NCBI GenBank assembly: GCA_964019335.1
Contig: OZ025734.1
Span: 62,001-126,000, forward strand
Origin: Diplonema japonicum
Lineage: Eukaryota; Protista; Euglenozoa: Diplonemea
DNA length: 64,000 bases
Reading direction: 5' to 3'
Part shown: positions 23,518 to 33,038 of the stretch, piece by piece
Layout: each line of letters starts with the position of its first letter
How positions within the stretch are numbered: position 1 is the first letter of the stretch
Translations under genes and position numbers: made by a program
Notes under the pieces: model-generated
What the model was told of the DNA's origin: nothing
The model's input: the letters and a program-made list of their open reading frames with translations, nothing else
Databases searched by the model: none

Positions 23518-23551
23518 TTAAAAGGAGGTCTTTGTGAGACACCCTCCCTTT
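23518..23551 (-). mobile_element. Isolated 3'-terminal stem-loop of the LINE family
   Basis: AAAGGGAGGGTGTCTCACAAAGACCTCCTTTTAA followed by CTCA, matching the LINE 3' end GGGGGCGTCTCACAAAGACTTCCTTTAA followed by CTCA. Confidence 0.7.
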
Positions 23552-23981
23552 CTCTATTGTAATCAGAGAAGAAAAAAAAAAAAAAAAAAGAAGGAAGAAA
23601 AAAAAAAGTCTTGAAAGATTGATATGAGATCTTCGCGCAGGGAGGGGGGGTGGACAACGGTTTGCAGTGTCTGTCACTCTCAATGGATAAAACAAAAGTG
23701 CCGACACTTTTTTTTTTTTTTTTCCTTTCCCATTGCCCCGCTAATGGACTCTTTGTTTCTTTAAAAACAAAAACAAAAAAATAAAAAAGAAACGAAAAAA
23801 CCTGATCCATCCCAGGTAGTGTGTGTAACCCATCCTTTAGGAACATGCTCTGTATATATGAGAGGCAAAAAAAGGAGAAAAAAGAGAAAAGAGCACAAAA
23901 AAAAAAAAAAAAAGGTTTTTTCTTTTTGAGCTGCCGAGAGAGGAAGGAGAAAGGGAAGAAGAAGAAAAAAAAAAATATGAG

Positions 23982-24300
23982 TTAAAAGATGTCTTTGTGA
24001 GACCTTTGTATTAAAAAAAAGGGGGGCTTTGATTGCAACATTAAGTGGCGTTAAGTGTGCAACGAAGGATGAAGCTATCTACTTGATTACAGGGGGCGCA
24101 CCTCGGCCGAGCAGTAGCTTCTTCCTTAATGCGTGCGGTGTGCAACTCAACCCTAGCCGGGGCGACCGGGTAATTATGTGCTACCGGTGATGACCGACGA
24201 GGAGGTCAACAGCGAACAACACATCTGATGTACTTCTTATATTTCCATGCTACCCCTACCACCAATAAAGTACAGAATCTGTAGCTTTAGAATCGTTGGT
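23982..24300 (-). mobile_element. Repeat A copy 2: retroposed unit of SL exon + ribozyme head (P4/J4/2 deleted) + body + LINE 3' tail
   Basis: SL at 24263-24300, repeat A body at 24021-24263, and tail GGTCTCACAAAGACATCTTTTAA at 23982-24004. Flanks are A11TATGAG and A17GAG. Confidence 0.8.
24263..24300 (-). other. Spliced-leader (mini-exon) sequence, diplonemid type
   Basis: ACCAACGATTCTAAAGCTACAGATTCTGTACTTTATTG closely matches the Diplonema SL as I recall it (AACCAACGATTTAAAAGCTACAGTTTCTGTACTTTATTG), including the 3' end TCTGTACTTTATTG shared with kinetoplastids. Confidence 0.9.
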
Positions 24301-24391
24301 AAAAAAAAAAAAAAAAAGAGTCAGTTTTTAGCATCAAGTAGTGGTACTTGTCAAAAATGAAAAAAAGGGTACAAAAGCTTTTTTTTTTTCT

Positions 24392-25123
24392 TTATTTCAC
24401 TCTTCAGAAATTACTTCACGCACTGGGGGGCCCCTTACTTCACGCTAAATCTCATTACTTCACGGTGAAATAATGGCCTGTTTTCCGTGAAGTAATAGGG
24501 GGTTTCCGGTAAATAATATGCCTCGGTAGGCCAATTTTTGCCTCGGTTCGGTTCCCACTTTTTCCTCTCAGTTTGCTATTTCCCCCCAGGTTCAGCTCAA
24601 TTGGCCAACTTTTGCCTCGGCCCAATTCCAAGTTGGACAACTTTTTCCTCCCAATTTGCCCACTTTTGGCTAGGCCTTGTTCCCAGTTTCTGTGGGTAAC
24701 TCTTCTGTGGGTAAGGGTAACTTAGTCAGCTTACCCAAGCACCCCAAAAGACTTCAAAATACCGAAGCAGCAGAAAAAAAGGAGCCAGCGGCCGCGCTAG
24801 GTATGGGAAGGCCTGATTAGAGATGGTGACAGTGGCAATGCCAGCGACAGCGGCAGCTCTAAGTCAACAAAAGGAGGAAAAACAACTTGTATTGTAACCT
24901 TTGTAACCCCTCTCTTGTTGTACCCCTTGTCACCCTGTTGTGCCCCTCGTGGTGAAGTAATTTCAGAGTGTCGCGAAATAAAACCACTTACCTACCGCCA
25001 AGTAATGCTTTACCGACCTCTCGGTTCCGCATTTTACCATCTCGGGCCCTGCGGGCCCTCGACGGTAAAATGCGGAACCTCGAGGTAACTGTAAAGTCAT
25101 TACTTGTTGGCAGTAAATAGCTA
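24392..25123 (+). mobile_element. Non-autonomous Helentron/Helitron2-like element, copy 1
   Basis: Near-identical to 28133-28872 and inserted in T-tracts with no TSD. The left end TTATTTCACTCTTCAGAAATTACTTCAC has an inverted counterpart at 24952-24981, followed by a long hairpin at 24997-25111. TTACTTCACG is reiterated. Confidence 0.65.
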
Positions 25124-25616
25124 TTTTTTTTTTTCTTGTTACACATTAAAAGAATCATAGAAAGGAGAAAACCTTTCCGATTGTCAAAAAAATGGGGGGG
25201 GGGGGGCGGAGATGTATTTTGGACCAGTCAAAAAAAAAAACAGAAAGAAGTTTCGGAGGCTGTCCTGGATTGAGCCAGACTATAATAGCCCAAGGTTCAT
25301 ACCAAACACAGGACAATCCTCTGTGCCCTATTTGAAATCCACCCGTTTTTGAAAAAAAAGGGACTGAATATCAAGCTCATTATTATTTTTTTTTTCCTCT
25401 TTTTTTTTCCCCCTTCAAATACTGGGGGGGGGGGGGGGGGGGGGGTAGAGGGGGGCAGTGCTTTAACAGCCTGTCAAGTTTTTCTTTCCAGACATAGAAC
25501 GTGCACACCTTCAGAAAATAAAAACAAAAAATAAAAAAAGCTACAATCTATTTTTTTTTTCTCCGTTTAGAGAAACTGGCCGTAATTTATACGCTGGGGG
25601 GGGGGGGGGGGGGGTA

Positions 25617-25800
25617 GGGGGTATCAAAAGCCTCCCTTTTCGTGATACACAAACACCATTCTTTTCAAATTTCTGGATTTTCAAAAAAAGAAAAGAAAAG
25701 AAAAGAAAAGAAAAGAAAAGAAAAGAAAAGAAAAGAAAAGAAAAGAAAAGAAAAGAAAAGAAAAGAAAAGGCGGTTCTAAACACCCTGTTGATACCCCCC
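25617..25800. mobile_element. Possible MITE with 11-bp TIRs and TA flanks, enclosing a (GAAAA)n microsatellite
   Basis: TA-GGGGGTATCAA at the left and TTGATACCCCCC-TA at the right. Confidence 0.4.
25686..25769. repeat. (AAAAG)n microsatellite, ~16-17 units
   Basis: Perfect pentamer array seen directly. Confidence 0.95.
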
Positions 25801-26106
25801 TAGGGCATAAGTTGGCAAAGAAACGTTTCCGTTTCCTTTCTCAGAAGAAAAAAACGTGTTCCCTTAAAGGACACGGCCCCAAATTTTCAAAAAAAAAAAA
25901 AAAAAAAAGCTTAAAAACACGTTTCCAACATAGCCCTGGTGGTGGTGGTGGGGGGGGGGGGGTAGAAACCTAGAGAAGGTTTTATACCCGTTAATTACGT
26001 TGCCAACATTCCCCTTTTATTCGAACTTCTTGGAGAAGAAAAAAAAAAAGAAAAAAAGAAAAAGAAAGCGGTGTTCAAGGGCTAGTCCCACTTGAGTACA
26101 ACCCAA

Positions 26107-26166
<60 letters not shown>

Positions 26167-26301
26167 AAAACAAAACAAAAACCATCAGAGAACGAAATTG
26201 TGTCATTCCCAGATTAGAGAGGGATGGAGAGGGGTGGCAATTCTGGTTCTCCCCTCAGGCGAGAGGCACCAGGGAAAAAGAAAGAGAGAAAGAGAGAAAT
26301 A

Positions 26302-26340
<39 letters not shown>

Positions 26341-27136
26341 TATCGCTGAATAATGAAAGGGAAACCCTTTTGGGTTCGCCTTAATGGAGCAAAAGAAAAA
26401 AAAGAAGAAAAAAAAAACGTTTTATTTCTTTTTCTTTCTTTTTTGAGAAATTTCTTTTTTTCTTCCAGCCTTAGGGATAAAAGGAAATTACTATAGCGCC
26501 CACGGAAGTAGGCTAGTAAGTACGACGCAATGGGAGCAAGCGGGGAGAAAGAACATAAAAAAAATAAAAAATAAAAAGAAGAAGAATGAATGAAAAAAAA
26601 AATGAAACTAGAAAGGGCAAGGGAATAATCCCACATTGGCTCTGTATACAAAATAAAAAATAAAAATAAAAAACAGGATTCGAGCCATTCTCTTTTCTTG
26701 TTTCTTTTTTTCCCCTATGAAGGATACAAAAAAAAAAAAAAAATTGCGAAATCTCTCAAAAAAGCCTTTTATTGGTACATTGTACAGTTGACTTTTGCCT
26801 TGGTCTCACACAGATCAGGAAAGCGCAGGAAAAAGGAAAGGTGGTCTTTTTTTTTCTTTTTTTTAAATTTTCATTTTATCCTACTGGAAATCTCTTTCAC
26901 CGGCACAAGCACGTCAAGTCAAGCGTAACATTTTGAATTTAACCACTAAACCCACATCATATAAAAAAAATACATAGACCTTTTGGTCAAATAGCGACCT
27001 GCCATTCTCTTTTTTTTGGCGCTATTGCGCGATTTTTTTTCCACTATGTTTGGCTAAATGCTGCCCTTTCTTTTCGACATTTATTTTAAGATTTTGAAAG
27101 GGTCTAAAAATCCGGGAAAAAGTGACACTGAGGAAT

Positions 27137-27178
<42 letters not shown>

Positions 27179-27661
27179 TTAGTATTACTACTGTAAACAA
27201 AAAAAAAAAAAAAAAAACCAAGAAAATCGAATCACAGGGGAAGAAAAACAAAAACAAAAATTCCTCTAGAAAAAAAAGTGGGGGGGGGGAATAGATACAC
27301 TCCTAAAAACGCGGGGAAAAAAAAATCACAAAATCATTCTTGTGGGCAAAAAAAGAAAAAAAAAAAGAGGTGAGGTGACAAGGGGAACAATTTCCTCCCT
27401 CATCTTCATGTACCCCTCTTCTGCAGGACAGCTTGAGATAATAAAATAATTTAAAGTCCAAAGTTGGTTTTTTTTTAAAATCGAAAAAAAAAAAAAAAAA
27501 AAAAAAGTCCTATGATTTTCCTATTCCCAAATCCTTGTATACAGTATTGCGTTTTTTTTCTTTTTTCTTTTTCCTCCTCCCCCTTTTCTTTTCTTGTTCA
27601 ATTTTACGGAGAGGGCCGAAGAAGGCCTCGAGTGACATTTTTTTTTTTTTTTGAATAAATA

Positions 27662-27917
27662 GGGGCCTTGATTGCGACTCTAAGTGGCGTTAAGTGTGCA
27701 ACGAAGGATGAAGCTATCTACTTGATTACAGGGGGCGCACCTCGGCCGAGGTGTAGCTTCTTCTGCGTTCCGCGTCGTGTGCGTGCGGTGTGCAACTCAA
27801 CCCTGGGGCCTGTTCGTCACCCTGAGCATCTGCAATATGTTCTTCCACTCGGGCGCTACCGGTGATGAGGTCAACACATCTGATGTACTTCTTTATATTT
27901 CCATGTTATCCACCACC
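27662..27917 (-). mobile_element. Repeat A copy 3 (ribozyme L3 region deleted)
   Basis: Homologous to 18025-18325; begins TTATAG|GTGGTG; has internal deletions different from those of copy 2. Confidence 0.75.
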
Positions 27918-28132
27918 TATAATAAACGAAAAGAAAAAAAAAGAAAAACCCGTTTTTGAACTGATTTTCTTTTTTTTTTTTTGTTTTAACAATATTGTTG
28001 TCGAGACTAAAAACTAGTTGATGGCGGCATGATGAAGCTATTTTATTAGGTAAAATCCCGCTCGTGCGCACAAACAAATGAAGCGCCAAACTAGTTTTTT
28101 TTTTTTTTTTTTTTTATTTATTTTTTTTTTTT

Positions 28133-28872
28133 TTATTTCACTCTTCAGAAATTACTTCACGCACTGGGGGGCCCATTACTTCACGCTAAATCTCATTACT
28201 TCACGGTGAAATAATGGCCTGTTTTCCGTGAAGTAATAGGGGGTTTCCGTTAAATAATATGCCTCGGTAGGCCAATTTTTGCCTCGGTTCGGTTCCCAGT
28301 GGGGCTACTTTTTCCTCTCAGTTTGCTATTTCCCCCCAGGTTCAGCTCAATTGGCCAACTTTTGCCTCGGCTCAGTTCCAAGTTGGACAACTTTTTCCTC
28401 CAATTTGCCCACTTTTGGCTAGGCCTTGTTCCCAGTTTCTGTGGGTAACTCTTCTGTGGGTAAGGGTAACTTAGTCAGCTTACCCAAGCACCCCAAAAGA
28501 CTTCAAAATACCGAAGCAGCAGAAAAAAAGGAGCCAGCGGCCGCGCTAGGTATGGGAAGGCCTGATTAGAGATGGTGACAGTGGCAATGCCAGCGACAGC
28601 GGCAGCTCTAAGTCAACAAAAGGAGGAAAAACAACTTGTATTGTAACCTTTGTAACCCCTCTCTTGTTGTACCCCTTGTCACCCTGTTGTGCCCCTCGTG
28701 GTGAAGTAATTTCAGAGTGTCGCGAAATAAAACCACTTACCTACCGCCAAGTAATGCTTTACCGACCTCTCGGTTCCGCATTTTACCATCTCGGGCCCTG
28801 CGGGCCCTCGACGGTAAAATGCGGAACCTCGAGGTAACGGTAAAGTCATTACTTGTTGGCAGTAAATAGCTA
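28133..28872 (+). mobile_element. Non-autonomous Helentron/Helitron2-like element, copy 2
   Basis: Differs from copy 1 by a 9-bp indel near 28299 and a few single-base changes; T-tract flanks. Confidence 0.65.
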
Positions 28873-28993
28873 TTCTTTTTTTTTTTTTTTTTTTTTTTGA
28901 AAGAAAATACGCTCTCTGCAAAGGATAAAAAATCGCATCCTTCCCCCCGATGAAAGAGATCTACAAATAGAAAAAAAACCGTAAAGAAAAATC

Positions 28994-29049
<56 letters not shown>

Positions 29050-29260
29050 CAGCAATATTCTATTCTATAAAAAGAAAAAAAGAAGAAAAAACAAAGAAGA
29101 AGAAAAAAAAGAGACATTTAAGGGTATCTGCAGCATGTGGCAGAACGCTTTAAAAAAAGAAAAATGCGACATCACATGCAAACCCCGCGCGAGAGCCGCA
29201 GGCCAAAAAAAAAAAAGAAGAAAAAAAAAAAGGATTCATTCAAAAAAAAAAAAAAAAGAT

Positions 29261-29500
29261 TGGCTATTTATTACCAACAAATAATGTTCCCGAATTTTCA
29301 CTCTTCACTGTTTTTTTTTTTTTTTTTTCTTTTTCTTTTTTTTTTTTTCTACGCAGGGATTCCCCTAAAGGTAATACGGGGGTTAAATAATGACCATTTT
29401 CCGTGTTAAATATGAGGTCCCCTAGTGGGTGAAAAAAATGATTAAGAGTGAAATAATAGCTATTTTGCTGCCAACAAGTAATGACTTTACCGCTACCCGC
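29261..29500 (-). mobile_element. Diverged inverted mini-copy of the Helentron-like element joined head-to-tail to the right end of another copy
   Basis: Minus strand reads GGTAAAGTCATTACTTGTTGGCAGCAAAATAGCTA|TTATTTCACTCTT...CATTATTTGTTGGTAATAAATAGCCA; junction at 29457/29456. Confidence 0.6.
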
Positions 29501-30573
29501 CTTTCTGAGGGCTGTGGGTCGATGACTGCAGCAGAGCGCTGAATCAACATGGCACGTGAGAAGGTCATACAACGTTTATGCACCTATCCGGTAGACCATA
29601 CAGCTTTAAGAGCACTTGGCGAAGTAAGCACTTTGAAGGAGTTGGACCCTTTAGACAGTCGGAGACTTTATTTCTTTATGACTATATGTCTTTGTTGTTC
29701 GCACGAGCAAAAAAAAGGTTTTTTAAAAAAAGCTGCGAATTGTAAAAAAAGTTCTTTTTGAAAGATAAATGTTTTGTAACAAATAAAAAAAAAACAGCAG
29801 AAAAAAAAAAAAATGCCGTGATTCATGAGGATCCGATTGAGCTAATAAAAGCAAGCAGGGGGGGGATAAGCAAGAAGGAAAATGAGTGGTTTTTTTGACT
29901 GTATGTTCCCTCCTTTTTTTTTTTTTTTTTTTCATTGTTTGCGCTGCAGCATCAACAAAACAAAACAGAGAAAAAGAAGAAGAAAAAAAAAAAAGGCGAT
30001 GTTTAAGGGCAAATCCCACTTGAGGACCACCCTAAAAGAAAAAAAAAAAAAAAAAAAAAACAAGCGAACGAAAATGTAACAAAGAATTCTGGTAAAATTT
30101 CAACCAAAGGTCCCACTTTTCGCGTTCATGCCTTTTTTTTTTTTCTTTTTTCTTTTTTAGCGCGTTTGAAAGATCTTTTTTCTTTTTTGTTTAAAGACTT
30201 GTCAGCGGACCCAAGCGCTGTACTTTGGTCGTGGTTTTTATAATCTTCTTAAGATTCATATCCTTGAAGACTTCTCTCAAGGAAAAAAAAAAGAATCTAT
30301 CCCCCACATTATAATTTGCTGTGAATCTCTTTATTTTATTTTTGTGCATGGATTTCTTATTCTTTTCTTTTTTTCTTTATTCTTTTTTTGTGGTTCTTTG
30401 TAAAAAAACCCAAAAAAGAAAAAAGAAAAAAAGAAGAAGAAAAAAAGCGTAAAAATAAAATCGGTATTTTTTCTTCTTTTTTTCTTTTTTTTTTTCTTTT
30501 GGCATGTTTGACACTCTACACCACAATTCTTTTTTTCTCTCTCTTATTTTTTTTTTCTTTTTTTTTTTTTTTT

Positions 30574-30686
30574 TCACGACGATTTTGATCTTTGAACTGC
30601 CTTGTTTCGGCCCTGCTTCATCGATAGCTTCTTGAACCCCTCTTGGTATGCATGGTACTTAGGTAGCGCTACGAACAAATTCCAAC

Positions 30687-30723
<37 letters not shown>

Positions 30724-31134
30724 CTTCTTCCCCCCACCATACTCTACATCAGCAAGAAACTGTAGCTCCAGCCTGTTCAGCACTTCGAGGGGCACCCCGA
30801 TGAGCGAGGCGAAGAACTTCTGGCACTTAGCGTAGTGACTGACATCGTCAGCCCATTTGGTGGCAACAAGGAGGCCTGCTACAAGGTAACTATTCACGTT
30901 CTTTGGTGTTAGCGTCTTCATCGTTCTCTTCGTTGCGACATCCACGTATATAGCAGCTAAGACAGGGCAACTCTCTGCCCCGCATGCAGACATCCACACA
31001 CTGACGATGTCCTCTAACGGGAGGTTGGACGGGATGGAGGTGTAGACCCCAGAAGAAGGCGACAAAAGCTCGCTTGGAATCCCACGCAGCGCGATCTGCT
31101 GAAGACACGTCGCAATCGGGGTGTGTCTGGTCAT
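30574..31134 (-). CDS. Cyclin, PHO80/CYC2-like, 2 exons
   Basis: VLAAIYVD...LTPKNVNSYLVAGLLVATKWADD...FFASLIGVPLEVLNRLELQFL; intron 30686-30742 restores VDWNLFV. Confidence 0.85.
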
Positions 31135-31568
31135 TTTTTTTTTTTTTTTTCTCGCTTTTTTTTTTTTTTTTTTTTTGTGGGAAAAAAAAAAAAAAAGTTG
31201 TCTCGATTTTAGTGGTGCCATGCAGTATGTGACACAGCGGCCACCCTTGTGAAACTTCGCCCCGAAGCCTCCCAAGTCCCCTGTGGTCCCGTAGAAAGTA
31301 AAAGTGGAGAGGTAAAGAAAGCTTGGAAATTGAAATAGGGAGAGGGGCCACAGAAGCAATTAAACACCAACTGGAGAGTTGTGGGAGGCTTGCTTCACTG
31401 GCACGATGCCGCGGGGAGGCTACTTGCCTGACCTGGTGAAGCCACCTCCTTGTTCGATGTAATGGGATAAGGGACTCTCCGTTGAGGGCGATGCTAACTG
31501 GCGCCACGCGTAGGGTGGGCTCTCCACCCCCGTCCAGGTTTCCCCACGTGTACGGCTTTAGAACGAGA

Positions 31569-31644
31569 GTTTCCCTTTCGCTTGTGTTTCTCCAAACCAC
31601 AATTACCAGGAACCACCACAGGGAGGTTGGAAACATTGGTCCCC
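31569..31644 (-). ncRNA. HDV-like self-cleaving ribozyme, family B (complete, 76 nt)
   Basis: P1 GGGGACC/GGUUCCU with a G1-U wobble; P2 GUUUCC/GGAAAC; P3 ACC/GGU; L3 UCCCUGU; P1.1 CC/GG; P4 UUGU(G)GUUU-GGAG-AAACACAA; J4/2 GCGAA with the putative catalytic C at 31580. Confidence 0.85.
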
Positions 31645-31788
31645 CAAAAAAAAAAAACTCAAAGTGCAGGACAAACCCCCTCATGGAGGGCCGCCCTTGG
31701 GTGGGTTGGGGGGGGCTATCTATTTATACTCCTTCTGGAGCATTGCTTTCGTTCCAATCGAGGCCTCGAGCAAAAAAAAAAAAAAATT

Positions 31789-32274
31789 CTAATTTTTGTG
31801 GGGTTCTTCGACCATCGTCCAGGTTTCATCCCGTTTGTCGCAGGCTCCTTGCACAATCAAGTCGGACGCTGCGTGGTGGAAAAAAACGCCGGTTTGCGCA
31901 TCGTGTTTTACGGCCTCACGGTTTCTTTGAGCAGTGATGGAAGCAGGGTGGGGGATGGGTGGCTGTGGGGCATCAGTGTCCTTCCTGTTCCACCACTCCG
32001 CGGTCTGCAACGCGTAGAGCACAGCACCGTCACCTACGTCTGCAGCAGTCCCTACCTGTCTCCAGGTGAGCTTTACAGGGTCTAGCACCTCAAGGCGGAC
32101 TACCTTGAAGCACATTGCTGGGTCGCCCCTTCGTCGTCTCTTTACGGCTTCGATCTGAAATTTCTTTTCTACTGCATCGATGACCATCCACACAGTCACA
32201 CTTGCTGAGGGGATGAATATCTCCTTCACTACCTGTTCGCCATATAGCTCAGCGGTCACTTGAATTGTACTCAT
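31789..32274 (-). CDS. BILBO1 N-terminal-domain-like protein
   Basis: MSTIQVTAELYGEQVVKEIFIP...VIDAVEKKFQIE...FKVVRLEVLDPVKLTWRQV...GAVLYALQ resembles the euglenozoan BILBO1 N-terminal domain. The 3' end is uncertain. Confidence 0.65.
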   Translation of the reverse strand: MSTIQVTAELYGEQVVKEIFIPSASVTVWMVIDAVEKKFQIEAVKRRRRGDPAMCFKVVRLEVLDPVKLTWRQVGTAADVGDGAVLYALQTAEWWNRKDTDAPQPPIPHPASITAQRNREAVKHDAQTGVFFHHAASDLIVQGACDKRDETWTMVEEPHKN

Positions 32275-33038
32275 GTTTTGGTCATTTCGGTCTTTTTTTT
32301 TTCTTCTGAAGGAAAAAGTTTTTAGGGGAATAAAAAATAAAAAAAAAAGGTGGAGTGCTAACTTGATCCTCAAGTTTTCGAAAAATGCTCAAAGTCCCCC
32401 CCCCCCCCCCCCCCAGTCTCCAAAAACGCTCAAAGCACCTTAGTTTTCGTTATTAGGGATTAGGTTCTCTTTTTTTTTCATTAATGCTCAACAAGGTCGT
32501 TCCCATGTGTTTCCTTAGCAATATGGCAACTTTTTGAAAGGAAAAAAAAAGAGAGAGAGAGAAAAAAAAAACCCCCCTGGTAACCAGGGTTGCTTCCACC
32601 AGGGTTGCTTCCTAGAGCGCTGTGAAGGTCTTCGTTTAAGAAGAAGGCAAAAAAAAAAGGGGGTTGATTTTGAGCACATCTCAAGTTAGTATTCTCTTTT
32701 TTTCTTTTTCTTTTTTTTTTTATTGTACATAAAATACTTTCTTTTTTTTGAGCGAAAAAAAAAAAAGATACAAAACGACAAAAAAAAAACTAGAATTATA
32801 TTTTTTTTTTCTTTTTCTTTTTTTTCAATTTCGTTCTTCTTCTTTTGGGGGAAAAAAGAAAAAAAAAATTATAAAAATAATGAAATAACAAAATCAAGGG
32901 GGAAGAGAGGTCCCACCGCCCTGTCGAACAAATTTTCATTCTTTTCTTTTTCTTTTTTTTCTTTTTTTTTTTTTAAAAACTTATAAGACTTACCCTGCAA
33001 CGTGCGACACCTAACTAATAACAAAAAAAAAAAAAAAA

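Noticed and set aside
24263-24300. Functional SL RNA gene
   Set aside because: Single copy, first base missing, and followed by repeat A, whose other copies have an AG acceptor at this point. Not fully excluded because GT follows the exon.
27668-27959. Plus-strand ORFs in repeat A (DEAIYLITGGAPR resembles an NTPase helix motif)
   Set aside because: The frame is not conserved among the three copies, and the minus-strand ribozyme fold and SL junction explain the repeat better.
31408-31420. Second HDV-like core GCC-TCCCCGC-GGC on the minus strand
   Set aside because: No matching P1 partner and no GG for P1.1 found.
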